DNA of 64,000 nt from Candidatus Fermentimicrarchaeum limneticum (lineage in GTDB: Archaea > Micrarchaeota > Micrarchaeia > Burarchaeales > Fermentimicrarchaeaceae), in assembly GCA_013426015.1 (NCBI GenBank), contig CP058998.1:724071-788070 (forward strand), in the 5' to 3' direction. Made by a program: the position numbers and the translations under genes. Below, one piece after another: positions 23,369 to 32,987 of the stretch; position 1 is the stretch's first letter; every line of letters starts with the position of its first letter. A model generated the notes under the pieces. That model worked only from the letters and a program-made list of their open reading frames with translations, had not been told where the DNA came from and ran no database searches.

Positions 23369-24079
23369 ATGGCTAAAAAAGGCGGTTCATCACACTTGAA
23401 GAGGATTGCTTCACCGAAGTACATTCCGGTAGCCAGGAAAGGGAAGAAGTGGTTGACAAAGCCATCTGCAGGGCCGCACGGTCTTGAACGTTCAATAGCT
23501 CTCGGGGTTGTCCTAAGAGATGAGCTTCACGTGGCGGACTCGCTGAGAGAGGTAAAGAAGATTCTCACTGATGGAAGCGTGCTTGTGGATGGTCGCTTCG
23601 TTAGGGAGAAGAAATTCCCCATCGGTCTCATGGACATAGTGAGCATACCAAAGCTCAAGAAGAGCTACTGGGTGGGGGTTGACACGAAAGGAAGGTTCAG
23701 AATGATTGAGGTTGATGCTGAGAAAGCGAAATCCAAGCTGTGCAGGGTTGAGGGAAAAAGAAGCATCCGAGGTGGGAAATTCCAGATCTCCCTACATGAC
23801 GGCAGGACGATGGTTGGGGGCAAGGAGTTCACAATCGGAGACACAGTCAGGATAACAGTACCTGAGCAGAAGGTCTTGTCGGTCATTAAGCTTGAGGCTA
23901 ATACGAATTGCTTGATAACAAGCGGCAGGCATGCAGGGGAGGTTGCAATCATTGATGAGCTGTACCACAAGAAGGGAGCAAGAAGGGCAGAGGCAAAGCT
24001 GCATTCCGATTCAGAGAGTTTCATAACAGTGAGGGATTACCTTTTCGTTGTTGGTGATGACGCGCAGGTGTTCAAATGA
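23369..24079 (+). CDS. rps4e: 30S ribosomal protein S4e
   Basis: eS4; ATG at 23369 (MAKKGGSSHLKR...), ORF track begins at TTG 23333. Confidence 0.93.
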   Translation: MAKKGGSSHLKRIASPKYIPVARKGKKWLTKPSAGPHGLERSIALGVVLRDELHVADSLREVKKILTDGSVLVDGRFVREKKFPIGLMDIVSIPKLKKSYWVGVDTKGRFRMIEVDAEKAKSKLCRVEGKRSIRGGKFQISLHDGRTMVGGKEFTIGDTVRITVPEQKVLSVIKLEANTNCLITSGRHAGEVAIIDELYHKKGARRAEAKLHSDSESFITVRDYLFVVGDDAQVFK

Positions 24080-24582
24080 ACAAGATGAGGGAGGTACAGA
24101 TAGAGAAAGTGACTGTGAACATAGGGCTAGGTGAGGGAGGGGAGAAGCTGCAGAGCTGCCTGAACCTGATAAGCAAGATGAGCGGGAGGAAGGCTGTCAA
24201 GACAGCTGCGAGAGTGAGGAACCTCGTCTTCAAGATAAAGAAGGGCGACCCTATAGGAGCTAAAGTCACGCTGAGAAAGAAGGATAGCGAGGAGTTTCTG
24301 AGGAAGGCCCTTGAGGCAGTTGACAAGAAAGTCAGCTCGGGAGCGTTTGACAGGTATGGAAACTTCTCATTCGGGGTGAGAGAGTACATAGATTTCCCGG
24401 GCATCAAGTACGACCCCAAGCTTGGAATTGTCGGATTTGACGTTTGCGTCACCCTAAAGAGGAGGGGATGGAGAGTCAAGGACAGGAGAAGGGGCAGGAA
24501 TAGGATTGGGAGGAAGCACAGAATAACAAAGGATGAAGGGATCGCATTTGCAAAGGATATTCTTGGAGTTGAAATAGGGTGA
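24076..24582 (+). CDS. rpl5: 50S ribosomal protein L5
   Basis: uL5 sequence. Confidence 0.95.
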   Translation: MNKMREVQIEKVTVNIGLGEGGEKLQSCLNLISKMSGRKAVKTAARVRNLVFKIKKGDPIGAKVTLRKKDSEEFLRKALEAVDKKVSSGAFDRYGNFSFGVREYIDFPGIKYDPKLGIVGFDVCVTLKRRGWRVKDRRRGRNRIGRKHRITKDEGIAFAKDILGVEIG

Positions 24583-24591
24583 GTTGGTTGA

Positions 24592-24768
24592 ATGGTTAGG
24601 AAGAAAGTTTCTGAAGAGAAAAAACTGAGGCTGAAGTTCAAGGGAAAGGGACTTAGGAAGTGCAGGTTCTGCGGAAACCCAAGAGGAGTGATAAGGTTGT
24701 ACAAGCTGTACATCTGTAGGAGGTGCTTCAGGGAAGTCGGCGAGAGCATAGGCTTCAGGAAGTTTTAG
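24592..24768 (+). CDS. rps14: 30S ribosomal protein S14 (zinc-binding type)
   Basis: 58-aa ORF below the ORF-track size cutoff: MVRKKVSEEKKLRLKFKGKGLRKCRFCGNPRGVIRLYKLYICRRCFREVGESIGFRKF; CxxC...CxxC; expected slot between rpl5 and rps8. Confidence 0.9.
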   Translation: MVRKKVSEEKKLRLKFKGKGLRKCRFCGNPRGVIRLYKLYICRRCFREVGESIGFRKF

Positions 24769-24776
24769 GTGATTTG

Positions 24777-25166
24777 ATGACGAACGACCCGCTTGCGGAT
24801 GCGGTTAACACGATAAAAACGCACGAGATGTTAGGAAGGTCATCGTGCGTCATAACGCCAGCCTCAAAGCTGATAAAAGAGGTTTTGATGATTTTCCAGC
24901 AGCATAAGTACATCGGAGAATTCGAGTACGTGGATGACGGGAAGTCAGGTTCATTCAAGGTTCAGCTGAACGGAAACATAAACGACTGCAAGGTTATAAA
25001 ACCCCGTTTTGCCGTGAAGAAGGATGAATGGGCGAAATGGGAGCAGAGGTACGTGCCAGGGCCGGATTTCGGCATACTGGTGGTTTCAACTCCCCAAGGA
25101 CTGATGACAAATGCTGACGCAAGGGGGAAAAAGATTGGGGGAAGGCTCGTAGCGTACATTTACTAG
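24777..25166 (+). CDS. rps8: 30S ribosomal protein S8
   Basis: uS8; start at ATG 24777 (MTNDPLADAVN...). Confidence 0.93.
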   Translation: MTNDPLADAVNTIKTHEMLGRSSCVITPASKLIKEVLMIFQQHKYIGEFEYVDDGKSGSFKVQLNGNINDCKVIKPRFAVKKDEWAKWEQRYVPGPDFGILVVSTPQGLMTNADARGKKIGGRLVAYIY

Positions 25167-25175
25167 AGTGATGTT

Positions 25176-25670
25176 ATGATGGAGATACCGAAGGACGTTG
25201 AGATTGAGGTGAACGGTAGCTCAATTGTGGTTAAAGGAAAGAATGGGAAGATCGAGAGAAGCTTCTCGGGAAGAGGTTTGAAGATTGAAAGGAAGGGGGA
25301 TAAGATTGAAGTGACTGGAGGAGATGGCGGGAACATGCTTGCGAGGACAGTTGAAGCGCACATCAAGAACATGTTCCGTGGAGTTACGGAAGGGTTCTCA
25401 CGGAAGCTCCAGGTCGTCCACTCGCACTTCCCGATAAGCGTTGAGGTAAAGGGAGACAAGGTGTTCATAAAGAACTTCATAGGGGAGAAGAGGCCGCGCG
25501 TTGCAAAGATAGTCAAGGACACCAAGGTTGAGGTGAAAGGCGTCGAAGTTTTTGTTTCCGGACCAGACAAGGAAGCTGTGGGGCAAACAGCTGCAAACAT
25601 ATACTCTGCAACCAAAATACGCGGCAAGGACTGCAGGGTATTCCAGGATGGGATATACTTGATTGAGTGA
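25176..25670 (+). CDS. rpl6: 50S ribosomal protein L6
   Basis: uL6 sequence. Confidence 0.95.
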   Translation: MMEIPKDVEIEVNGSSIVVKGKNGKIERSFSGRGLKIERKGDKIEVTGGDGGNMLARTVEAHIKNMFRGVTEGFSRKLQVVHSHFPISVEVKGDKVFIKNFIGEKRPRVAKIVKDTKVEVKGVEVFVSGPDKEAVGQTAANIYSATKIRGKDCRVFQDGIYLIE

Positions 25671-26020
25671 TGATTATGGTAAGAAAGAGGAAACACCCGA
25701 AATTCTTCAGGCAGAACTACGGCAGGACTGACATGAAAAGGATTGCCGAGGGATGGAAGAGGCCAAGGGGCCATGATAACAAGAAGAGGGCAAAGCACAG
25801 CTTCGCAGGTGCCGAGCCGAATATCGGGTGGAGGAATCCACATGCGTTGCGCGATTTGCATCCGTCCGGGGCAGCAGAGGCTCTGGTGAACAACGTGAAG
25901 GAAGTCGGGAATGTCAAAAAAGGCAGAGTGGTGAGGATAGCCAGAGGCGTTGGAAGAAAGAAGAGGAATGAGATTGTTGCTAAGGCAAAGGAAATGGGAT
26001 TGAGAGTTTTGAACGAGTGA
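25670..26020 (+). CDS. rpl32e: 50S ribosomal protein L32e
   Basis: eL32; ATG at 25670. Confidence 0.92.
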   Translation: MIMVRKRKHPKFFRQNYGRTDMKRIAEGWKRPRGHDNKKRAKHSFAGAEPNIGWRNPHALRDLHPSGAAEALVNNVKEVGNVKKGRVVRIARGVGRKKRNEIVAKAKEMGLRVLNE

Positions 26021-26024
26021 TACT

Positions 26025-26471
26025 ATGGGAATGGCAACTGTGAGAAGGATTGCTGCTGAACTGCTCGGTGTTGGCGAGAGCAGGGTTAGGATAGACCCCG
26101 CCAATTACAAGAAGGCCGAGGAGGCATTGACAAGGGATGATATCCGCTCGCTGATATCCCAGCACGTCATCTACGCGCTGAGGAAGAAGGGAGTTTCCAG
26201 AGCAAGAGGAAGGGAGAAGCAGAGAAAGAAGAAGGCAGGAAGAAGAAGGGGGACTGGAAGCAGGAAAGGCACGAAATACTCCATCATCCCGAGGAAGAGG
26301 ATATGGATAAATCGCGTGAGGGCGCAGAGAGCTCTGCTGAGGGAACTGGCACTTGAGAAGAAACTGCAGAAGGATGTTTATAGGAAGGTTTACAGGATGA
26401 TAAAGGGAGGGGCTTTCAAGAGTAGGGCAAACCTGCTCAGCCACCTGAAAGACAACGGAATGATGAAGTGA
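26025..26471 (+). CDS. rpl19e: 50S ribosomal protein L19e
   Basis: eL19 basic sequence. Confidence 0.93.
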   Translation: MGMATVRRIAAELLGVGESRVRIDPANYKKAEEALTRDDIRSLISQHVIYALRKKGVSRARGREKQRKKKAGRRRGTGSRKGTKYSIIPRKRIWINRVRAQRALLRELALEKKLQKDVYRKVYRMIKGGAFKSRANLLSHLKDNGMMK

Positions 26472-26475
26472 TTGT

Positions 26476-27057
26476 ATGGGAAAAGCAAACGGACCGACAT
26501 ATGTCGTTCCCTTCAGAAGAAGGAGGGAGAACCTCACTAACTACAGAAAGAGGCTGGCTTTGCTGAAGTCAATGAAATCTAGGATGGTTGTGAGGAGGAG
26601 CAACAGGAATGTCATTGTGCAGTTTATCAACTACTCCGAAAAAGGAGACGTGACAGTTGCTGCTGTGAACTCAAAAGAACTCGTGAAGATGGGCTGGCAG
26701 AGCAGGAGCAACACACCGACTGCATATCTCACCGCATTGCTGGCAGGAACCCGTGCTAAGGGGAAGGGGGTGAGCGAATTCGTGCTTGATATAGGCCTTG
26801 CAACGCCTTCAAAGGGTGCAATTATTTTCGCTGCAATTAAGGGAGCTGTTGATGCTGGCTTGAAGACGAAGTACGATGAAAGCATTGTGGGCGAGGGGAG
26901 GATAAAGGGGGAGCACATAGCCAAATACGCGGAGAGCCTGAAAGGCAAGCCGGAGCACGACAGAATTTTCTCTTCGTATATAAAGGCAAACGTTCAGCCG
27001 GAAAAGATTCCGGAGATTTTTGACAGAGTGAAGGAGGCAATAATCAAGAGCGGGTGA
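26476..27057 (+). CDS. rpl18: 50S ribosomal protein L18
   Basis: uL18 sequence. Confidence 0.93.
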   Translation: MGKANGPTYVVPFRRRRENLTNYRKRLALLKSMKSRMVVRRSNRNVIVQFINYSEKGDVTVAAVNSKELVKMGWQSRSNTPTAYLTALLAGTRAKGKGVSEFVLDIGLATPSKGAIIFAAIKGAVDAGLKTKYDESIVGEGRIKGEHIAKYAESLKGKPEHDRIFSSYIKANVQPEKIPEIFDRVKEAIIKSG

Positions 27058-27063
27058 TAATTG

Positions 27064-27780
27064 ATGGGTAGAGCTAGAAGACCGTTCAGGAGGGAGGAGA
27101 AGAGGGTATTCAACATTGACGAATGGAACCCCAAAAGTGATATTGGCAGGAAGGTTAAGAACAAGGAGATAACCTCCATAGAGCAGATATTTGAGATGGG
27201 CAAGCCTATTATTGAGGATGAGATTGTCGATGCGCTGCTCCCTGACCTGAGGGAGGAAGTGCTTAACATTTCCATGACGCAGAGGATGAGTGACAACGGA
27301 AGGAAGTCGCAGTTTAGGGCAATTGCCGTAGTCGGAGACAGCCATGGTCACATCGGGGTTGGCGCAGGAAAGGCTGAGGAGGCAAAGCCCTCGATAGAGA
27401 CAGCGGTGAAGGATGCGAAGAGGAACATAATAAGCGTTCCCCTGGGATGCGGTTCCTGGGAGTGCGGATGCAAGCAGAAGCACACGATTCCGATAAAGGT
27501 GGTGGGAAAGAACGGTGGCGTTATAGTCACTCTTAAACCTGCCCCGAGAGGAGTTGGAATTGCCGCTCACGAGGTTGTGAGGAAAGTGCTGGGCATGGCA
27601 GGAGTGAAGGACAGCTGGGGTTTTGCAAGGGGCAGAACAAGAAGTGTTTACAACACGGCAATGGCGTCATATGATGCGCTGAACAGCCTGAACAGGATGA
27701 AGTTCCACAAGGAGTGGGACACGCTGCTTGGAACGGAATGCAAGGAGGTTGAAAAGAATGAAAAGAGTGGCAGTAGTTAG
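27064..27780 (+). CDS. rps5: 30S ribosomal protein S5
   Basis: uS5; ATG 27064. Confidence 0.95.
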   Translation: MGRARRPFRREEKRVFNIDEWNPKSDIGRKVKNKEITSIEQIFEMGKPIIEDEIVDALLPDLREEVLNISMTQRMSDNGRKSQFRAIAVVGDSHGHIGVGAGKAEEAKPSIETAVKDAKRNIISVPLGCGSWECGCKQKHTIPIKVVGKNGGVIVTLKPAPRGVGIAAHEVVRKVLGMAGVKDSWGFARGRTRSVYNTAMASYDALNSLNRMKFHKEWDTLLGTECKEVEKNEKSGSS

Positions 27781-28219
27781 AGTGAGGGGCAAGGTTGGCA
27801 CAAGGGAACCGGTAGAGGAAACTATGAGAAAGCTCAGGCTGACAAGGGTTAACCACTGCGTTGTTATTGATGATTCTCCACAGAATATGGGCATGGTAAA
27901 GAAATGCTGTGATTATATTACGTGGGGTGAGATAGATGCCGGCACTCTTGCGCTTCTTGTGATGAAGAGGGGCAGGACGCCCGGCAACAGGAGAGTCGGG
28001 GAGGAGGAGCTTGGCGGGAGCGGTTTTGACTCGTTTGAAAGTTTCGCCGAGAAAGTCTTCAAGTTCGAATGCAAGCTTTCGGCTCTAAAGAATCTCAAGC
28101 CTGTTTTCAGGCTTCACCCACCCAGCGGAGGGCACAGACACATTAAGAAGCCCTACCCCGCGGGGGCGCTGGGTTACAGAGGGATTAAGATAAATGAACT
28201 TTTGAGAAGGATGGTGTGA
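27758..28219 (+). CDS. rpl30: 50S ribosomal protein L30
   Basis: uL30; ATG 27758 (MKRVAVVRVRG...). Confidence 0.9.
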   Translation: MKRVAVVRVRGKVGTREPVEETMRKLRLTRVNHCVVIDDSPQNMGMVKKCCDYITWGEIDAGTLALLVMKRGRTPGNRRVGEEELGGSGFDSFESFAEKVFKFECKLSALKNLKPVFRLHPPSGGHRHIKKPYPAGALGYRGIKINELLRRMV

Positions 28220-28221
28220 AC

Positions 28222-28638
28222 ATGGCGAGAAGGCACAGGAAGAAAAGCAAGAAGTACCTCGGTTCAAGGAGCTGGGGGGCTGGGAACATAAAGAACAGGA
28301 GGAACAAGGGAAGCAAGGGGGGAAAGGGTTACGCCGGTTCGCACAAGCACAAATGGTCCTACATAGTAAAGTACGAGCCGGATCATTTCGGAAAGAGCGG
28401 TTTCGTGCCTCCAAGAAGGGAGAGACTGAAAGAAATAAATCTCTGGGGGATAAACAAAATGATACAGGGCGGTAAATTCAGCAAGGACGGCTCGGGAAAA
28501 TTCGTAGTTGAACTGAAAGGATACAAGATCCTGGGAAGCGGTAAGCTTGACTTCCCGGCATTCATAAAGGCTAGCGCGTTCTCCAAGTGCGCTGCAGGGA
28601 AGATAAAGAGTTTTGGTGGTGATGCTAAGCTAGAGTGA
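28222..28638 (+). CDS. rpl15: 50S ribosomal protein L15
   Basis: uL15; ATG 28222. Confidence 0.93.
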   Translation: MARRHRKKSKKYLGSRSWGAGNIKNRRNKGSKGGKGYAGSHKHKWSYIVKYEPDHFGKSGFVPPRRERLKEINLWGINKMIQGGKFSKDGSGKFVVELKGYKILGSGKLDFPAFIKASAFSKCAAGKIKSFGGDAKLE

Positions 28639-28642
28639 TGCC

Positions 28643-30091
28643 ATGGCGTTGGAATTTCTGAAGCCAATAATCCGCCTCCTTCCTGAGGTGAAAGCGCCTG
28701 ACAGGGCGCCTCCACTAAGAGAGAAGATTTACTGGACTGCCGCGGTTCTGATAATATTCTTTGTAATGTACCACATCTATCCAATCGGCAGGTATCCCAT
28801 CCAAGAGGGGTTTAATTTCGTACAGATGATAACAGCAAGCAGGATTGGAAGCCTGATAACGGCAGGTATCGGCCCCATTGTGCTTGCCTCCATATTCCTT
28901 CAGCTATTCATTGGCTCAAAAATAATCGAGATGGATCTGAACGACAAGGAGCAGAAGAGGATTTTCCAAGGGGCCCAGAAGCTCCTGGCAATCATTCTTT
29001 CCTTCTTTGAGGCAGCCATTTATGTATACACCAAGGCCGTCCCAGTGATGGGGGTGGGCGTTCCCGCGGGGAATGTAATCCCCTTCTTTGGCAGCCTGTT
29101 CATGACAGAAATTTTTGTGATATTGCAGCTTGCCATGGGCTCGATAATACTTCTGTATCTTGACGAGATAGTCGCAAAATACGGAATCGGTTCGGGCATA
29201 AGCCTGTTCATAGCTGCCGGAGTATCGCTGGCAGTCGTGCAGGGTACGTTCGGAGTTCTCATCCCAAGCGCGATGGGCTACCTTGCCGAAGGAGGGGCAA
29301 CTGCAGTCCCACTAGCTATTCTGGCAATGCTGCCTCTTGCGTTCGCATTCATAGTGTTCATTACATGCTCCTACGCCGAAGGGATGAGGGTGGAGGTGCC
29401 GCTTGTTTTTGAGAGGGTGAGGGGGGTTGGGGGCAGGTACCCAATAAAATTTCTTTATGTCTCAAACATTCCAGTGATTCTTGCAGCTGCTCTCATGATG
29501 AACTTCCAGCTCATTGCAAGGACGATAGGCACCTCTTCATTTTATATCGGTGGTGTGAACATCGTCAGCTTCATAGCAGTTGTGGACAGCAGCGGGAGGC
29601 TTTCGGATGGACTGCTGTACTTCATGACGCCGAGCTTTCCCAACCCGGTCGTCGCAGGCTATGGGACGTATGTGGATTTCCTGCTTCATTCATCTACGCA
29701 GTTCTTTTACATACCGGAATTCTTCCATGTGATTGCATATATCCTTTCCATGGTCATCCTGTGCGTGATATTCGGAACATTTTGGATAGAGACTACGGGA
29801 ATGGGGGCGGCGGATATCGCGGCGCAGCTTAAGGATTCTGGGCTGCTCGTTCCTGGCTTCAGGAGGGACCCGAGAGTGATTGAGAAGGTGCTTGACAAAT
29901 ACATCCCGATGATAACAATACTCGGAAGCATATTTGTAGGACTTCTTGCTGCATTTGCGGATTTGACGGGCGCTCTGGGGACGGGGACGGGGATACTGCT
30001 TACTGTCAGCATACTGAACAACATGTACGAGACACTGAAGAGGGAGCAGATGTTTGAGACGTATCCTGCTCTGAGGAATCTCGTGGGTTGA
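28643..30091 (+). CDS. secY: Preprotein translocase subunit SecY
   Basis: 482 aa, ~10 TM helices, SecY sequence; follows rpl15. Confidence 0.95.
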   Translation: MALEFLKPIIRLLPEVKAPDRAPPLREKIYWTAAVLIIFFVMYHIYPIGRYPIQEGFNFVQMITASRIGSLITAGIGPIVLASIFLQLFIGSKIIEMDLNDKEQKRIFQGAQKLLAIILSFFEAAIYVYTKAVPVMGVGVPAGNVIPFFGSLFMTEIFVILQLAMGSIILLYLDEIVAKYGIGSGISLFIAAGVSLAVVQGTFGVLIPSAMGYLAEGGATAVPLAILAMLPLAFAFIVFITCSYAEGMRVEVPLVFERVRGVGGRYPIKFLYVSNIPVILAAALMMNFQLIARTIGTSSFYIGGVNIVSFIAVVDSSGRLSDGLLYFMTPSFPNPVVAGYGTYVDFLLHSSTQFFYIPEFFHVIAYILSMVILCVIFGTFWIETTGMGAADIAAQLKDSGLLVPGFRRDPRVIEKVLDKYIPMITILGSIFVGLLAAFADLTGALGTGTGILLTVSILNNMYETLKREQMFETYPALRNLVG

Positions 30092-30101
30092 TGGTGGTTA
30101 A

Positions 30102-30665
30102 ATGATAGTTGTTATGGGTTTGCCTGGCGCAGGGAAAACGACCGTGTTGCAAGGTGCTATGGCAGGAGCCAGCGGATGGAAAATCCTGAACTACGGTGAC
30201 TTGATGTTTGAGATAGCAAAAGGGGAGGGGCTTGTCAGCGACAGGGATGAGATGAGGAAGCTGCCTGTAAAGCAACAGAAGAGGGTTCAGGACGAGGTCG
30301 GCGATAAACTTGCTGGGATGAAGGGCAGGATAATTCTGGACACGCACTGCTCAGTCCACACCCCGACGGGCTACATGCCTGGTCTGCCGTTTGACCAGCT
30401 CAGAAAGCTTGATATTGATTATCTGGTGTTCGTGTCCGCGCCCGCCAAGGACATAGTGGGCAGGAGAAAGAGAGACGCGACAAGGAAAAGGGATAGTATC
30501 AGCATTGAGGAGATAGAGAGCGACAGCCGCGTGAATATCTCGTACCTTTGCGCGTATTCCGCCCTGAGCGGTGCAACAGCCAGCATAATAATGAATGCGG
30601 ACGGCAAACTGGAGGAAGCAGTTGGAAAGCTCAGGGAGATTATCAAAAAGGTAGAGGAGGCATGA
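30102..30665 (+). CDS. adkA: Adenylate kinase (archaeal type)
   Basis: P-loop GLPGAGKTT; archaeal AdkA-like; follows secY. Confidence 0.88.
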   Translation: MIVVMGLPGAGKTTVLQGAMAGASGWKILNYGDLMFEIAKGEGLVSDRDEMRKLPVKQQKRVQDEVGDKLAGMKGRIILDTHCSVHTPTGYMPGLPFDQLRKLDIDYLVFVSAPAKDIVGRRKRDATRKRDSISIEEIESDSRVNISYLCAYSALSGATASIIMNADGKLEEAVGKLREIIKKVEEA

Positions 30666-30666
30666 A

Positions 30667-31146
30667 ATGGAGGATCCCACTGTTGCGTTCTTTGTGATAA
30701 CTGTGACGGCATTGCTTTATTCCGCTATGTCGCTACACATAAGCAAAACAATAGGTAACAGGAGGAGGGTGAAGGAGATTCAGGATGAGATGAACAGGAT
30801 AAGCGCGAAGCTGAGGAAATTGGACCACAACAGCGAGTCGGGGAAGAAGGAAGCCGAGGCTGAGCAGGGCAAGATACCGGAACTTATGTCGGAGAGCATG
30901 ATGCTTCAGTTCAAGCCTCTTATAATAATGATCCCGATATTCCTGCTGCTGAGCTACGTGGTGAAGAATGTCTTCCCGAATTTCACAATAAAACTGGTAT
31001 TCGCACTTCCGATATTCATACAGAATCTGGACAGATTCCCAAACTGGAGGGATGAATTCGGGCCGTTGGGATGGTTCGTGCTGTGCCTCCTGTTGTCGGG
31101 GATAATGATGCAGTTCATAATCGACAAAACAACAAAAAAGAAGTGA
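30667..31146 (+). CDS. DUF106-family membrane protein (Oxa1/EMC3-like)
   Basis: 159 aa, 3 TM segments with charged loop; conserved slot between adk and cmk. Confidence 0.6.
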   Translation: MEDPTVAFFVITVTALLYSAMSLHISKTIGNRRRVKEIQDEMNRISAKLRKLDHNSESGKKEAEAEQGKIPELMSESMMLQFKPLIIMIPIFLLLSYVVKNVFPNFTIKLVFALPIFIQNLDRFPNWRDEFGPLGWFVLCLLLSGIMMQFIIDKTTKKK

Positions 31147-31679
31147 TGAAAATGATAATATGCATCTCGGGACTGGCAGGCTCTGGAAAGAACACTGTTG
31201 GCGAGATAGTCGCCAAGAAGCTGAATCTGAAAGAGGTGAAGCTGTCCTTCAAGGACGAAGCTGAAGAGGAGGGAGTTGAGCTCATGAAGGTGCAGAGGAA
31301 GGCCGACCAGAATGAGAGCTACGACAGGAAGCTGGATAGGGAGATAGCGAGAAGAGCCAAGAAGGGGGATTGCGTTGTCATGACATGGCTCGGCCCGTGG
31401 ATGGTGAAGAATGCTAATCTGAGGGTGTGGCTCAACGTCAGCGAGAAGGAGAGAGCAAGAAGAGTTGCGAAAAGGGATGGGATGATCCTGAAGAAAGCCC
31501 TCGCGCACATAAGGAAGAGGGACAGGGACAACATAAGAAGGTACAAGAAGTACTATGGGATAGACATCTGCGACCACAGCATATTTGACCTGGAGATAAA
31601 TTCCGATATTTTCAACCCCCAGCAGATAGCAGGAATAGTGCTGAAGGCTGCTGAGGCGAAGAGGGCTTCAAGGAGGTGA
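31146..31679 (+). CDS. cmk: Cytidylate kinase (archaeal type)
   Basis: P-loop ISGLAGSGKNTVG; start ATG 31146 overlapping the preceding stop. Confidence 0.88.
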   Translation: MKMIICISGLAGSGKNTVGEIVAKKLNLKEVKLSFKDEAEEEGVELMKVQRKADQNESYDRKLDREIARRAKKGDCVVMTWLGPWMVKNANLRVWLNVSEKERARRVAKRDGMILKKALAHIRKRDRDNIRRYKKYYGIDICDHSIFDLEINSDIFNPQQIAGIVLKAAEAKRASRR

Positions 31680-31683
31680 ACAC

Positions 31684-31908
31684 ATGGCTGCGATTGTTGT
31701 TGGCAGTGTCTGCAGGAAAAACCGCGGAAGGGATTCAAGGAAGAAATGCGTTGTCGTAAACCTTGTGGATGCTAACTACGTGGAGATCATCTGCATCGGC
31801 AGGAAGAAGAGGAGGAGATGCAACATTAAGCATCTGGAGCCTCTTGGCGGAAAGATTGAGCTGAAGGGAAGCGACGATGAGATTAGGAAGGCGCTTGAGA
31901 GTGCATGA
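31684..31908 (+). CDS. rpl14e: 50S ribosomal protein L14e
   Basis: 74-aa KOW-like basic protein in conserved position after cmk. Confidence 0.8.
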   Translation: MAAIVVGSVCRKNRGRDSRKKCVVVNLVDANYVEIICIGRKKRRRCNIKHLEPLGGKIELKGSDDEIRKALESA

Positions 31909-32861
31909 TTATGGGTTCCATGACGAAGTCTGAAGAGGAAACCGATTCGAAGTATGGAAAACTCCCTGAGGAGAGGAGCATTGCCGAGCTTATGGATTCG
32001 GGAGTCGTCATCGCGAACAAGCCGCAGGGCCCGTCCAGCCACGAGGTTACCTCCTGGGTGAAGAAGATGCTGGATGCGTCCAGAGCGGGCCATGCAGGCA
32101 CTTTGGATCCGAACGTGAGCGGAGTGCTTCCAATAGGGCTGAACAGAGCTACAAGAGTCATGGGATTGATGCTGAAAGGATCTAAGGAATATGTGGGGAT
32201 AGTGAAATTCCACTGCGATGTTGAGAAGGATGCTGTTGAAGGCATATTCCAAAAATTCACTGGTGAGGTGGAGCAGATTCCGCCCGTAAAATCCGCCGTG
32301 AAAAGGGCGTTGAGAAAGAGAAAGGTTTATTACCTTGAACCTATAGAATTTAATGGACGGGAGGTCCTCTTTAGAGTCGGATGCGAAGCGGGAACCTATA
32401 TCAGGAAGCTCTGCTTTGACATGGGGGAGGAATTAGGATGCGGAGCTAACATGCTCGAACTCAGGAGGACGAAAGCCGGGAAACTTGAGGAGGGCCGCGC
32501 ATCGAAGCTACAGGACGTCAAGGATGCATACTGGCTCTGGGAGCAGAAAGGTGATGAGAAGGAGCTCAGGAGAGTCATCCTGAACGTTGAAGATGCATTG
32601 GATTTGAAAAGGATATGGCTGAGGGATTCCGCAGTGGAGGCCGTGTGCTCCGGAGCTGTTCTGGCTGCGCCCGGCGTTGCAAGGCTGGATGAGGGAATCA
32701 TTGCTGGAGATACGGTTGCGCTCATGAGTCTGAAGGACGAGCTCGTCTCAGTTGCAGTTGCGGAGGCGAGCTCTGATGAGATAATGAAAATGGAAAGGGG
32801 TGTCGTTGCAAAAACAATGAGGGTGATGATGAAGAAAGGGACGTATCCAAAATGCTGGTGA
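31905..32861 (+). CDS. truB: tRNA/rRNA pseudouridine synthase Cbf5 (TruB family, with PUA domain)
   Basis: GHAGTLDP catalytic Asp motif; C-terminal PUA-like domain. Confidence 0.92.
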   Translation: MIMGSMTKSEEETDSKYGKLPEERSIAELMDSGVVIANKPQGPSSHEVTSWVKKMLDASRAGHAGTLDPNVSGVLPIGLNRATRVMGLMLKGSKEYVGIVKFHCDVEKDAVEGIFQKFTGEVEQIPPVKSAVKRALRKRKVYYLEPIEFNGREVLFRVGCEAGTYIRKLCFDMGEELGCGANMLELRRTKAGKLEEGRASKLQDVKDAYWLWEQKGDEKELRRVILNVEDALDLKRIWLRDSAVEAVCSGAVLAAPGVARLDEGIIAGDTVALMSLKDELVSVAVAEASSDEIMKMERGVVAKTMRVMMKKGTYPKCW

Positions 32862-32867
32862 TGAGAT

Positions 32868-32967
32868 GCCGGGGTGACGGAATCTGGTCAACGTGTACGC
32901 CTGGAATATCGTCCCGGCAAGCGTATGGCCTTTACGGGCCTTATGGGTTCAAATCCCATCCCCGGCG
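32868..32967 (+). tRNA. tRNA-Ser (anticodon GGA) with 13-nt intron at the canonical 37/38 position
   Basis: Hand-fold: acceptor GCCGGGG/CCCCGGC+G73, anticodon stem TACGC/GCGTA enclosing CTGGAA+intron+A, long variable arm, T-arm ATGGG-TTCAAAT-CCCAT; 100 nt. Confidence 0.75.
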
Positions 32968-32987
32968 TTTATCAAAAGAGTGGTGAT

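Noticed and set aside
25163-26104. 313-aa minus-strand ORF overlapping rpl6/rpl32e
   Set aside because: Antisense shadow of conserved ribosomal protein genes.
26809-27570. 253-aa minus-strand ORF overlapping rpl18/rps5
   Set aside because: Antisense shadow of conserved ribosomal protein genes.
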